Positions 50,750 through 61,417 of a stretch of DNA of 64,000 nt are shown in pieces. Source of the stretch: a virus (Duplodnaviria > Caudoviricetes); the IMG/VR virus record IMGVR_UViG_3300031993_000008, positions 64,001 to 128,000 of that record; one strand, written 5' to 3'. The position numbers and the translations under genes are program-made. Under the pieces are notes generated by a model. It searched no databases. It saw nothing but the letters and a program-made list of their open reading frames with translations, and was not told the DNA's origin. Within the stretch, counting starts at the first letter, position 1; each line of letters opens with the position of its first letter.

Positions 50750-52564
50750 TTACTCTGTTACTATTATATTTTCTATGATGTTTTCTTCTTTATATTTATC
50801 TATCGCCTTTTTTGCAAGTACATATTCATCCTTGAAACAAGGTTTGTACTCAATCCTGTTAAGACGTAAGTTCATCTTAAGATTATTGTCATTGGAATCA
50901 TAATCAATTTCAATCTCTGTTACTACATACCATCCAGATAATGCTCTGTTGTAAATGACTTCGGGCCATTTGGTTTTCCACTGTCTTGGATTCACTGCCT
51001 CAATGATACCCTCATCTTCAAACTGAATTATGTTGTCATTCTTTGCCTGTTTATATTTAACTGCATCCCCGGTGTCATAATCTTTAATATCCTCTTTTGA
51101 TATTTCCTTCTGGGAATACATATTCTTGTCAAATATATCAACCCACACCCTACTGAACTTTGTGACAGAAGGATTGTAATTTTGGAGTTTTACCTTCAAT
51201 CCACACATCTTCATACACTTCATCTGGTATCTGTTATTCACCTCTGCAAAGTAATACTGCTTGAAAGTGTTGGATGTGTCAATGTTTCCGAAGTTATTGA
51301 ATGACTCTACATTGGTCATATTGTCAACACTTGCCATATTACCATTGATATAGTTCTCATTTGTCATCTGCATCAGGTTGAGAGGTATATATGATTCCTG
51401 TGTAGGTTCATCAGGGATGGACAATATCTTCTGTGATATAACATCTCTCTTTAGATTATCAATAGGTCTTATGACAAAATCACAAGAACTGAACCCCCAG
51501 TTACCAACATTGGAATCACAATATCTTGCATGTGTCTTGTATCCATCAGATAATGATGAACTGGTGTTTGTTATCTCCTCATATGATTCTATATAATTTG
51601 ACCATCCGTCAAACAGTTCATCATTTGTCAGGAAGTAATAACTCAACTTCTGATATTGATTGTTCAGTGGGTCATCATCCTTCTTTAAAGGAAGTTGATT
51701 CTCTGTTGTTTTCTCATCCTTGGTGGGATCAAACTTTGGGATTTCCTGGGGTGGATAACATTTGTATATCATAGCTGGAGTGTCTGTCTTACTTCCACCA
51801 TGTGAAAGAAGTGAATGACATTCCACAAAATTCAATACATTGTACTGGTCAATGAATGATGTGAAGAATGTATTTGGTGAGTAACAGGCATGTGCTGTGA
51901 TGTCTTCCATAAAATCAAAGTATGTACCTGTCTCATTATTTCTCCAGGTCATATTGTCCAGGGTGTTACTCTTTGTAAAGTTAGTGGCAAATCCAAGACC
52001 TGTCCATACTGCGAGATTGAACAATGACTGTATTGCTGTACATTTACCTCCACACCATGCTTCCTTCCTGTATCCATAAGGTATGTTCAATTTACCATTC
52101 ACCCTATATCTGAATCCGCTGTTTCCTACCTTTCTTATATTTGTAAGTATGAAATCCTGACGGATTGGTTTATAATAGAGTTCATCACCCTGACCACCTA
52201 TATGAACCTTGATGATTGCACCGGGTTTAGGTACATTGGTTGACAACATTGAATTGGAACTGTCCATAAAATCAAATGACAAAACAGGAAGAAATCCTGT
52301 GTAGTCCAACTTAAATGTACATATATCAACCTGGTTGATCAACCAGTCATTGATAGAAATCAACGGTATCCTGTATGCATACTTGTAAGGGATGTTATTG
52401 GAATCGTGTATGAACTTCTCATTAAGTATGAACTCACTTACACTGATGGCAGGTTCAACCAACTGAACCGAATTAATTCTGTCTCCAGTCAGTTCAGCAT
52501 ACCTATTGTTGTCATCTATTCCACCTATGGGAAATATTTTATTATAAAGTGTATTTAAATCCAT
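50750..52564 (-). CDS. Probable baseplate hub/tail protein (gp27-like)
   Basis: FKLDYTGFLPVLSFDFMD, FIDQYNVLNFV, ALSGWYVVTEIEIDY..MNLRLNR. Confidence 0.5.
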   Translation of the reverse strand: MDLNTLYNKIFPIGGIDDNNRYAELTGDRINSVQLVEPAISVSEFILNEKFIHDSNNIPYKYAYRIPLISINDWLINQVDICTFKLDYTGFLPVLSFDFMDSSNSMLSTNVPKPGAIIKVHIGGQGDELYYKPIRQDFILTNIRKVGNSGFRYRVNGKLNIPYGYRKEAWCGGKCTAIQSLFNLAVWTGLGFATNFTKSNTLDNMTWRNNETGTYFDFMEDITAHACYSPNTFFTSFIDQYNVLNFVECHSLLSHGGSKTDTPAMIYKCYPPQEIPKFDPTKDEKTTENQLPLKKDDDPLNNQYQKLSYYFLTNDELFDGWSNYIESYEEITNTSSSLSDGYKTHARYCDSNVGNWGFSSCDFVIRPIDNLKRDVISQKILSIPDEPTQESYIPLNLMQMTNENYINGNMASVDNMTNVESFNNFGNIDTSNTFKQYYFAEVNNRYQMKCMKMCGLKVKLQNYNPSVTKFSRVWVDIFDKNMYSQKEISKEDIKDYDTGDAVKYKQAKNDNIIQFEDEGIIEAVNPRQWKTKWPEVIYNRALSGWYVVTEIEIDYDSNDNNLKMNLRLNRIEYKPCFKDEYVLAKKAIDKYKEENIIENIIVTE

Positions 52565-52568
52565 ATCC

Positions 52569-55112
52569 TTATCCTACTCTATATCTTTGACCATTGACAG
52601 TTACATAATCACCACTTCTGACATTGGCATTTGCAACAAATACTTTCAGTGTCTGTCCATTTACATCTGTTACCTGAACAATAGAACCATTCTCTGTCCT
52701 CATAATATTATCAACAAAACTTTCATTTTCTGTTGCCTTTCCCTCAAAACAATCTTTATCCAGGTCTTCGGTGTAATATGTATACCAGTAGAAAGCTGCA
52801 TATGCTTCATCAATTTTTGTCAGTATTGTACCTACTGATTTGTTATGAAGCATAGTAATGCCACCTTTATTCTTGTGACTCTTCTTTGATGCTTTCTTGA
52901 TAATCTTACTCTTTATTTTCTTCATCAAATCTCCAAGAGGGAATAACAATGGTGACAATGATGAATAATATTTATTTCCAGTATGATCCAGGTTAGGATG
53001 GAAGAAATGCCAACCTATGAATTTAATATCACAGTCCATTGGTTTTCCATCTGTCAAATCTGAAACATTTGTAGTTTTTCCAATCTCTTTTATTATAGGA
53101 GATTTGTAAGCAACAACAATATCACCTTTATCATCAAGTTCATCAATCACAGCTTCAATCTTATCCCTATCATAATCTCCAGATGCACTGGTAATCTGTG
53201 AAACAAGATTTCTGGCATTCTTATCTGTTGTACTTATACCCTTTAACAAACTTTCTGCATCCTTTATATATCCTTTTTGTTTATCTTCAAGTTTTTCATT
53301 TTCAAGATATTCTTCAAGTGCTTCCAAGGTGTGTTCATATTCTTCAGTGTCACTGAAATATACAGGTGACAACATATTGGTTAATAATTTACGGGCTTCT
53401 GATATATTTTTACTAAATGCATCAATAATTTCTTGTATCAAATTCATCAACCATTCAAGACCAATCATTCCCATAAGTTGTTTGATAATTTCATTCAGGT
53501 TATATAAACCATTTATCATCAACCTGGCAATCTTATTGATGTTGTTGAGAATATCAATGATAAGGGTTATAATATCCTTGATGAATTTAAATATAGTCTT
53601 GATGTCCATCAAGAAGTCAGAAATCTTATATGCAGGATTTGGAACAACAGAACCAATGTCAGATGGCATAGCAACTTTAAGAGAACAGCATATCAATTGA
53701 GATCCCAAATTTTTACACAATTCCTTGATGTCATTGAAGTCCTTATTAATTGCATTACAACAATCATCAATGAACATATCACAAGAACCACCATTCTGGA
53801 AAAATCCCTTTATTTCGGCAATACAGTCTTGATATTGTTTCATCATTGACTGCCAGTCTGATTTAAGTGCGTTACTTCTGTAACCTGCCTCTTCCCAGAA
53901 CCTATCCAGTTCTTCACCAATAATATCCTTGAGTTTTGATGTCTGCTTTGCTTTCTTGACCTTATTCCTGTATTTCTTCACTTCCTTTATAGCAGATCTC
54001 ATCTCCCTCTTTGACAATGTACCCTGGGCAGCCTTATTGTCAATGTCAGTCCTCTTCATATAGAGTCTGATATCCTCTCTCTGTTTTTTTATGTCCTCAT
54101 CAAATTCCTTCAGGAATTCTTCATAATTTTCTGCACTGTAGTTCCTTTCCTCTTCAGGAATTTCACCCAACTCTTCAAGTTCCCTATATGCTTCATTGGT
54201 CAAAGCATTGTATTGTTTGTACATATCTTCAGGAGTCATTTCAATATCACTCCTTATCTTATACAACATTGATTCAAAATCAATAGGAGGAAGTTTGTCC
54301 AGACCAGTCCTTACAATAACAGACTGGGTAAGAACCCCTGCAAATACAGCAACAACTTTACCAATACTGAAATTCTTTATTACAGTATCAAGAGATGCTG
54401 CAACAGCAGATGTAATTTCTACAGTCTTTTTGTTTTCATCCTGATATATGACTTCCTGAGATATTTTCTGGGCACCGGTTGAAACAGAACTCAAACCAGT
54501 AACATCCTTGAAACCGCTGTCAACAATGTTGTTCAGTTTTGCCATCTTTTCACGGAGTTCCTTAATGAGAGTCTCAACCCATTTGTTTGCATCTGAAAGA
54601 CCACCATTGATAGTATCTGCAACACCCTGGACAGCACCCATTGCCTGGTTCTTTTTATCTGTCACTTTCTGTTTTGCCCTGTCTGCTGAATTCAGTTGTT
54701 TGAATCCATCACCTGTCCATTCAAGTTCATCTTCACTTTCCTTTCCAAGAATCATTGATACTGTATCAGTCAGTTCTGAAACCATATCAAGTGTGTTTTC
54801 TCCAAGACCCATTGTTTCATTGATAGCATCCTGGGAAACAGTATTTAATCTATTGGTAATATTTGAAAGAGAACCTGTGATACTGTTCATCTGTGTCATA
54901 AGGTAGTTGGTAGGTATGTCTGCATAACTGTCCAAAAGTTTATCCATATCATCAGACAGTTTCTGAACCAATGCTGACAAATAAACAACATCACCTACGA
55001 CTCTTGTTATGAAATCCTTTGGTTTAGGCATAAGAGATATGAACTGCATTGTTTGTGCAGTAACACACATTATCTTTATGCTTTTTCTCATTCCAGAGTT
55101 AATAACATCCAT
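52569..55112 (-). CDS. Large helical hypothetical (structural cluster) protein
   Basis: 847 aa ORF in a tightly coupled late operon. Confidence 0.75.
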   Translation of the reverse strand: MDVINSGMRKSIKIMCVTAQTMQFISLMPKPKDFITRVVGDVVYLSALVQKLSDDMDKLLDSYADIPTNYLMTQMNSITGSLSNITNRLNTVSQDAINETMGLGENTLDMVSELTDTVSMILGKESEDELEWTGDGFKQLNSADRAKQKVTDKKNQAMGAVQGVADTINGGLSDANKWVETLIKELREKMAKLNNIVDSGFKDVTGLSSVSTGAQKISQEVIYQDENKKTVEITSAVAASLDTVIKNFSIGKVVAVFAGVLTQSVIVRTGLDKLPPIDFESMLYKIRSDIEMTPEDMYKQYNALTNEAYRELEELGEIPEEERNYSAENYEEFLKEFDEDIKKQREDIRLYMKRTDIDNKAAQGTLSKREMRSAIKEVKKYRNKVKKAKQTSKLKDIIGEELDRFWEEAGYRSNALKSDWQSMMKQYQDCIAEIKGFFQNGGSCDMFIDDCCNAINKDFNDIKELCKNLGSQLICCSLKVAMPSDIGSVVPNPAYKISDFLMDIKTIFKFIKDIITLIIDILNNINKIARLMINGLYNLNEIIKQLMGMIGLEWLMNLIQEIIDAFSKNISEARKLLTNMLSPVYFSDTEEYEHTLEALEEYLENEKLEDKQKGYIKDAESLLKGISTTDKNARNLVSQITSASGDYDRDKIEAVIDELDDKGDIVVAYKSPIIKEIGKTTNVSDLTDGKPMDCDIKFIGWHFFHPNLDHTGNKYYSSLSPLLFPLGDLMKKIKSKIIKKASKKSHKNKGGITMLHNKSVGTILTKIDEAYAAFYWYTYYTEDLDKDCFEGKATENESFVDNIMRTENGSIVQVTDVNGQTLKVFVANANVRSGDYVTVNGQRYRVG

Positions 55113-55114
55113 AC

Positions 55115-57001
55115 TTAACTACCCCATTTATAATTTACAAGCAACTCATTCTGTGCATTGTCAACAACCAGTGTATTGTGAGTGTCATCAACAACATACT
55201 GACTCAATATGAGTTTGTGGAGATCCTCCTCACAGAGTTTGTTCCATATTCTGAAATTGGTGAGATGGAGGTTACCACCCTTGAGACCACAGTATCCGTC
55301 AACACTGAATGTACCAAGTTCATTTGGTGTACATCCTATCTTAATGATTTCACTGTGTGAATTGTTGATGGTATCACTACCCTTCACTTCATATAACCAC
55401 ATATTTGACATACCTCTATTCAATCCAAGTACACAGAAGTACCACTTGGATTCAAATGATGAGAAACCTTCAAAGTTATAGTCATAATCCTTTCCATTAA
55501 GTCTTACAACCATCCTGTCAGGCATCTGTATGATTTCAAATCCATCACCGGCATACACACAGGTATTTGCCTCATAACATATAAGTTTACCACATGACTG
55601 GACTTTCATCCTCTCATCATAAGGAACATTGATGTCCACAAACAATTTTCCTTTATCAATACCTGAAATCCTGTACCAACCTTTGAGACCAGATACCCTT
55701 GAAATTTTGATCATATTTCCAGTGTCAAGAAGTTTGTCCCAGGACTTGACCTTCAGTCTGGTCATATCTCCATTGGCAACAACAGAATCTATCATTACAT
55801 TTTCAGATACATTCTTCATATTGGTAGGTCTGAAAGCGAATGTGAACATTCTTTCATCATCAGATGAAAGACCTTTGTTCCAGTATTCAACAGCAACCTC
55901 ACCCCTACCAATGGTTGAAAGATTGTAATATTGTTTTGCCACAACTGTCCAGTCACTGTATATGTTCTCTTCAACAATCCTGACATTCTCATGGAGAATC
56001 CTTCTCAATGAATCCTGACCCTGTTCAATCATACCAACATCATTGAGTTGGTTATCCTTTCTGTTGTCAGCAATCTCATCCTTCATCTCTTCCTCAAACT
56101 TACCTTCTGCTGAGAATATGAGACTCTCTGTGTCCTCCATAAGGTCATCATTGTCAAACTGTACAGACTTCATCTCCTGGTAAGGTACAAGACTTACTCT
56201 CCAATATGATGCGACATATCCGAAGTCATCCGGGTCAGATACAGAATCAACCATATACATCTTATTCATATAGTTGCTGAAGTAGAGATAATCATGGGGA
56301 TCAGGATGTGAACCGGCACCAAATACTTTCCAGAACTCTGACTTAACTATGTGACACTCCCACGAAACTGGATAGTCTATCATCATTGAATTGAACTGAA
56401 GTTCCCTGGTTGGAAGATTATTATCTGGTACCAAAACTTTTACATTCTGCTTATCTATAACCTTTTCTATACTATATTCTTTTAATACCACATCTCTACT
56501 CTTTGCATTTGGTTCTGTCTTAAAATAAAGAACACAAAAACCAAACATATTAGATATAAGTGTAGACATCTGGTTATATATATTTAATGACTGACCAACA
56601 GAATAAGGATTAAATAAATTACTACCAGTACCCTGGTTATATACAATCTGTGGTGTAGATGTACTTTTATTCCAAAAACATTCTGGAATAGGACTTTCTG
56701 TATCATTAGTATAATCCACATCAAGAGAAATACTCTCAATATTATTCTCATTTAATTCTCCAGGACCAATTGGTGTGAACTTATATTGGATATAAACTTT
56801 ATTATCATAAATCTTAACACCAAGAAGATTCTTGTTAGTTAAAGATTTCCAGTCACTCCACAATATTTTATCAGAAGAATATCTAAATTGTTTTTCAAAA
56901 TAAGTATCTTCTGTTTCAGAAGTAATCACACAGGTAACACCAGATATAGATTTTATACCAGTGTATTCCATTATATTGGATTCTATAGGATTCTTACTCA
57001 T
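55115..57001 (-). CDS. gp14-like neck protein with additional C-terminal (LamG-like) domain
   Basis: MFGFCVLYFK, PDPHDYLYF..MYMVDSV..YWRVSL; C-terminal WYFCV..LTNFRIWNK; start MSKNP behind CATAAATA at 57024-57031. Confidence 0.55.
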   Translation of the reverse strand: MSKNPIESNIMEYTGIKSISGVTCVITSETEDTYFEKQFRYSSDKILWSDWKSLTNKNLLGVKIYDNKVYIQYKFTPIGPGELNENNIESISLDVDYTNDTESPIPECFWNKSTSTPQIVYNQGTGSNLFNPYSVGQSLNIYNQMSTLISNMFGFCVLYFKTEPNAKSRDVVLKEYSIEKVIDKQNVKVLVPDNNLPTRELQFNSMMIDYPVSWECHIVKSEFWKVFGAGSHPDPHDYLYFSNYMNKMYMVDSVSDPDDFGYVASYWRVSLVPYQEMKSVQFDNDDLMEDTESLIFSAEGKFEEEMKDEIADNRKDNQLNDVGMIEQGQDSLRRILHENVRIVEENIYSDWTVVAKQYYNLSTIGRGEVAVEYWNKGLSSDDERMFTFAFRPTNMKNVSENVMIDSVVANGDMTRLKVKSWDKLLDTGNMIKISRVSGLKGWYRISGIDKGKLFVDINVPYDERMKVQSCGKLICYEANTCVYAGDGFEIIQMPDRMVVRLNGKDYDYNFEGFSSFESKWYFCVLGLNRGMSNMWLYEVKGSDTINNSHSEIIKIGCTPNELGTFSVDGYCGLKGGNLHLTNFRIWNKLCEEDLHKLILSQYVVDDTHNTLVVDNAQNELLVNYKWGS

Positions 57002-57044
57002 CAATGTATATACATTATATAGATATTTATGAAAAAAGTGGCAT

Positions 57045-58040
57045 TTACACACCACCTTTTATCTTGTTAAGTATTTGTTCTACACAATAATTAAAGTCTA
57101 TTGAAAAGATTTCTAAATAGTTCAAATTATTATTTCTTGCAGTTTCTCTTTTCTTAACATCTCTTACTGTCCAAATATTGATAGCAGTCTTATAAAAAAC
57201 ACTTGTTTTAGATTTTTCTTTTAATATTTCAAGTTTATTTATATCATCAATATTATTTACATCAAATGGATGAGTTCCATGTGTCCAATTTCCCTGTATT
57301 TCAATATATAAATCATAATCAGGTAAATAAAAATCACAATTATATGGATACATTTCAGAAACATATTGATGAATATATTTAATATTATTTTTAGATAAAT
57401 ACTCAATAAGTTCATTTTCTATTTTTGATGTATTAAATGTATTATGTTTTTTCTTTGTTACATATCTTTTTATTTTTACATCTTCTAACTCTGAAACATT
57501 TTTCACACCATATTTTTTAATACATGTATTTTCTCTTTTCTTTATTTTTTCTTGAATATGAGATTTATATTCTTCTGAATTACATATCAATTTCATTATT
57601 TCAGATTGTCTATCTCTATATTCTTTATTCTTCATAGGATTATCAACACCATAATGTTCAATATATGTTTCTTTTATTTTCTCCTTTACATCATCACTTT
57701 GAAACACACTCTCAACCCCATATCTTTTAAGATTTGTTTGATGAAGTTTATCAATAACATTTTCATCTGTTGTTGCACACTTTGAAGAACAATGATTCCA
57801 ATATCCAAAATTCAAAGTCTTGAACTTACATCTATTACCACATACTGGACAAATCCCCAATTTTAAATCAGGGTCATCCATAAAATAGTGATACATCTTT
57901 TGGATTAATGTGAAATCTTCTGGAAAATCAATTCTACATATATCATCATATATATCAGGAAATCTTTTGATGAATTGTTTTTCCTGGCAGTAGAACCTGC
58001 CTTTTGTCTTCAAGAGATTGAAGACCTCTTCTTTATTCAT
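57045..58040 (-). mobile_element. Free-standing putative homing endonuclease, paralogue of 22327..23262
   Basis: CPVCGNRC..HCSSKC, KRYGV/HYGV/KYGV repeats, CDFYLPDYDLYIEIQGNWTHG; very AT-rich. Confidence 0.7.
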
Positions 58041-58141
58041 AAATATATTGTTATTATTTTATAACAGAGCAGATGATGATGTTTGGCGACTAATCATCTG
58101 CTCTTACTATATTTATGAAAAAAGGAGGTCTCCAGACCTCC

Positions 58142-58684
58142 TTAAATATCTAATTTCAAGTCATATTTCCTCAATACATCACCAAACCCGAGTCCTTCCA
58201 CTCTCCTCAGGAAAACATCTTTCTGGTTATTGAATATAGGTTGGTTGGCAAGGAATCCCCTACTTGTTATCTGATACAGTTTTCTGAAATGATAATTGAT
58301 GATGTATTTCACGAACTTGTTGTACAGATCAACCAGTCCTGCTTTATCAGGAACAATGTAGTTATCTTCCAGGTAGAATGTCTTGTTGTTGAGTTTCTGG
58401 ATAAGTTCACTCATACTGTTGATTGAATCAACCTCACTCTTTCTCAACAGTGTTGTAAGGTTGGCGGTCTTCAGACTCATTGAAACCTTCACATTGATGA
58501 AGTGTTCCTTGAGGAAATTGATGTCATTCTCGAATATCTCCCTTATCTTCACCTTATATGTAGTCCTGTCACCCTGGGTGTATTTCTCAAGGAGGACAAC
58601 CTTAACCGGTAAAAGGAATTCAGGTTCATTGGGGGATGTGACCAGAGCATAACACTCTGTACCTATATTATATGTCCTGACCAT
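58142..58684 (-). CDS. Hypothetical protein
   Basis: 180 aa, coupled to the gp16-like gene. Confidence 0.75.
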   Translation of the reverse strand: MVRTYNIGTECYALVTSPNEPEFLLPVKVVLLEKYTQGDRTTYKVKIREIFENDINFLKEHFINVKVSMSLKTANLTTLLRKSEVDSINSMSELIQKLNNKTFYLEDNYIVPDKAGLVDLYNKFVKYIINYHFRKLYQITSRGFLANQPIFNNQKDVFLRRVEGLGFGDVLRKYDLKLDI

Positions 58685-59283
58685 TACTTGTCTTCTTTAT
58701 CTGAAACCTTCCTGATCAGTCTCATCAAATCCTTCTGACTGCTTGACTTGAATCCGGATGAAATTTCACTTGCCGGTGATGCACTTGTAGTATCCACAAC
58801 ACTGTCCTTGTCAAGTGCAAGTTTCTCATATTCATCACTGGCATTCATAATATATGTGGTCTGTGCCTTGACCAGATCAATGAATGTACCCTGGAGTTTA
58901 CCGAGTACCTCAAAGAGTTTGGGATTGATGTCACCAAGCTCAATATTCTCCATAAGAATCTGTATTGCCCTCTGACTGACCTCCATCTGGTTCATAATAT
59001 TACCCAGGGTCATAGCATCCAGGTTCACCTTTGCCTTGACATATTCATTCTTTGAGATGAAGTTGTCTGAAAGATAAACTCTCAAAAGGGATTCCATCAC
59101 ATCCTTTGCTTTTTTCCTGGACTGTTCCAGAGTTATCATCTCTCCCCTGGATACAGTGGATGGGACTCTACTGAAACTCAATGTCTGTGAATCAATATCG
59201 TCTGTCAGGTTGATGTCATTGTCTGTCAATAAATCAGCAATACTGTTCCTGATTATCTCTTTATTATCGTCTGATGTATCCAT
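58684..59283 (-). CDS. gp16-like small terminase subunit
   Basis: AIQILMENIELGDINPKLFEVLGKL..SSQKDLMRLI parallels gp16 HPRAYEV..GST.EL.K.L. Confidence 0.6.
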   Translation of the reverse strand: MDTSDDNKEIIRNSIADLLTDNDINLTDDIDSQTLSFSRVPSTVSRGEMITLEQSRKKAKDVMESLLRVYLSDNFISKNEYVKAKVNLDAMTLGNIMNQMEVSQRAIQILMENIELGDINPKLFEVLGKLQGTFIDLVKAQTTYIMNASDEYEKLALDKDSVVDTTSASPASEISSGFKSSSQKDLMRLIRKVSDKEDK

Positions 59284-59293
59284 TTATATAGTT

Positions 59294-59476
59294 TTAATCA
59301 AAATACTGCCTAATACTTTTCATCATGCTGTCTATTTCCTCAAACTCTTTCTTTATGAAAGTTCCGGTTACAGGTTGAGTCATCTCCTCTATTTCCTCAT
59401 CAGTTATGATTCTTCCTTCATATGTCTTGGAAGTATCCTCAACCTTCTTTTTATGTCTGAAAAAATTAAACCTCAT
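59294..59476 (-). CDS. Small late hypothetical protein
   Basis: 60 aa, CATAAATA at 59482-59489. Confidence 0.65.
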   Translation of the reverse strand: MRFNFFRHKKKVEDTSKTYEGRIITDEEIEEMTQPVTGTFIKKEFEEIDSMMKSIRQYFD

Positions 59477-59515
59477 ATAGTTATTTATGAAAAAAGGATG
59501 GTATCAACCATCCTT

Positions 59516-60166
59516 TCAATCAATTAAGTTCTTTATGATATACTGTTCATAAGGTTCTATGACACCTTTTCTCATCAAATCCTCATATTGTTCATCAGTC
59601 CACATCTTAAGGTTTTCAGGCCATTCCTCATCAAGTATCTGCTTGAAGAATGGGATGTATTTGAGTTTGGCACCATCCACAAATCTTTCATCACCAATTG
59701 CAACAGTCTTTGCAATTTCAGGAAAAGACCTGTAGAAGTTCATCCATTCCCTGTCTGAACGCTTGAGTGAAGGGACTCTTATCCTCTGATGACCCCTTCC
59801 TTTTGCCTGCCAGGTATTCCTATATTTACTGTCATCAGCAGTGAGTTTTTGTCTTATGGTATCACAGTCTTCCGGTGTCCAATGTTGTTTCTTATATTTC
59901 TTCTGGTCATCAGGAACACTGTAAGGATACTCTTCTGCTTCAACAATCCAATAAGGAGTCCTCCAATTATCCCTCTCCTTTCTGATTGCTTTGCGGATAG
60001 TCTCTTCAAGAGGTATGAAATCATACCATCTTGCATATTCTTTAGTATCTGTATACCTCCTTACAGGATTGTCTCTGTGTCCTTGAGGTGTTACCACTGA
60101 ATGAAATCTCATCCATCTACCTAAAGACCTGTGATTAGGATCATGATGTGGATTGGGTTTTTTCAT
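59516..60166 (-). CDS. Hypothetical basic protein
   Basis: 216 aa in the early operon behind the sigma gene. Confidence 0.75.
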   Translation of the reverse strand: MKKPNPHHDPNHRSLGRWMRFHSVVTPQGHRDNPVRRYTDTKEYARWYDFIPLEETIRKAIRKERDNWRTPYWIVEAEEYPYSVPDDQKKYKKQHWTPEDCDTIRQKLTADDSKYRNTWQAKGRGHQRIRVPSLKRSDREWMNFYRSFPEIAKTVAIGDERFVDGAKLKYIPFFKQILDEEWPENLKMWTDEQYEDLMRKGVIEPYEQYIIKNLID

Positions 60167-60588
60167 AATGATGTTTTGGATTTAAATACATTTTCAGCAT
60201 AATGTTCAATACTTTCTATATTTCCTTCCGGGTTATGTGCCATAATAGCATCCGGGACAACTCCCCATTCTTTAGAACCATCAGCATAGTATATTGTATA
60301 AGTGATGGGATCCAAGGGTATAGCAGTTTCACAATTACATCCAAAATCAATAATGTACTTTTTATCAAATGCTTTTGAAAATGAATATAATGTTGGATGT
60401 TCAAATACTACTACTGCCAACCGATTGAGATCAAGATAAGTTTGTGTATATCCCCTTCTTAAAAGTTCTTCTTTGACAGCAACAGAATATTTAGAATTTT
60501 CCTTTTTGATTTCATCTTCTGACATATGAATATTACCACACATCAAACATATCAGGAAAAATATTATTGAAAGTATTATAAGAATCAT
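60163..60588 (-). CDS. Hypothetical membrane-anchored protein
   Basis: N-terminal hydrophobic MILIILSIIFFLICLMCG. Confidence 0.7.
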   Translation of the reverse strand: MILIILSIIFFLICLMCGNIHMSEDEIKKENSKYSVAVKEELLRRGYTQTYLDLNRLAVVVFEHPTLYSFSKAFDKKYIIDFGCNCETAIPLDPITYTIYYADGSKEWGVVPDAIMAHNPEGNIESIEHYAENVFKSKTSL

Positions 60589-60600
60589 ATTATATAATTA

Positions 60601-61278
60601 TTACTCAGCACAAGCTGCTCTGCAATACTTCTTAAGTTTCTCAAAGGCATCCTTATATATCTTGTTTGCTGTATTGACGGGAACTTCCAGTTCATCAGCA
60701 ATATCCTGCATTGAGTTATTGTACTTCCAGACTATCTTATCTTTATCTGGGTTAGGAAGTCTTTCTGAATACTTACCAAGATGAAGTTTCATTTCCATAG
60801 CAATCCTTCCATTAACATCAAGAGTCTTTAATCCTTCCTTGAGAATTTCCTCCCTGTCAACATCAAAGACCGGATCATCCACTTCTCCAAGTGTATCATA
60901 GTTGTTTGCATCAATTGAACAATATTCTATCTTTGAGTCTTCAATTCTCTCCTGTCCTTTCTTGAAACCTTTCATATGGTTTGCCGGGATATGAACCAAT
61001 GAATCTTGTCTGTTCAAATAGTTCAACATATATCCTCTGACTGACATTGCTGATGATTTCACAAAACTGTCATTCTTTGCAGGGTCATATTTCTTTTCTG
61101 CTTCTTTCATGCCTATCACTCCTTCAACCAGAAGTGTTTCAAAATCGGCACCGGTTTTATTTGCAAGGTCAGTGGCAACTTTCACCACATAAAGAAGATT
61201 TTGATCTGTGAGTGAGGCATTATTCTTTTTTGCGATTTCCACAGCCTTTCCAAATTCATTGTACAATTTACTATCCAT
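60601..61278 (-). CDS. Phage sigma70-family factor (regions 2 and 4)
   Basis: NLLYVVKVA..LLVEGVIGMKEAEKKYDP..LVHIP; HTH SMQDIADELEVPVNTANKIYKDAFEKLK. Confidence 0.85.
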   Translation of the reverse strand: MDSKLYNEFGKAVEIAKKNNASLTDQNLLYVVKVATDLANKTGADFETLLVEGVIGMKEAEKKYDPAKNDSFVKSSAMSVRGYMLNYLNRQDSLVHIPANHMKGFKKGQERIEDSKIEYCSIDANNYDTLGEVDDPVFDVDREEILKEGLKTLDVNGRIAMEMKLHLGKYSERLPNPDKDKIVWKYNNSMQDIADELEVPVNTANKIYKDAFEKLKKYCRAACAE

Positions 61279-61329
61279 ACTAAAAATTAAACTGATTTAC
61301 TTGTATAACTGAATCATTATACCGTATTA

Positions 61330-61361
61330 CAAATATAATGAAACTTTACCAAAAATCCAAA
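61330..61361 (-). promoter_or_regulatory. Bacteroidota primary-sigma (host-type, early) promoter
   Basis: Minus strand TTTG-N20-TATATTTG upstream of the phage sigma70 gene. Confidence 0.75.
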
Positions 61362-61417
61362 TTTGGCAAAAATATTTAACAGATTAAGACATCTTGCTCT
61401 CACAAGATGTTCAATCA

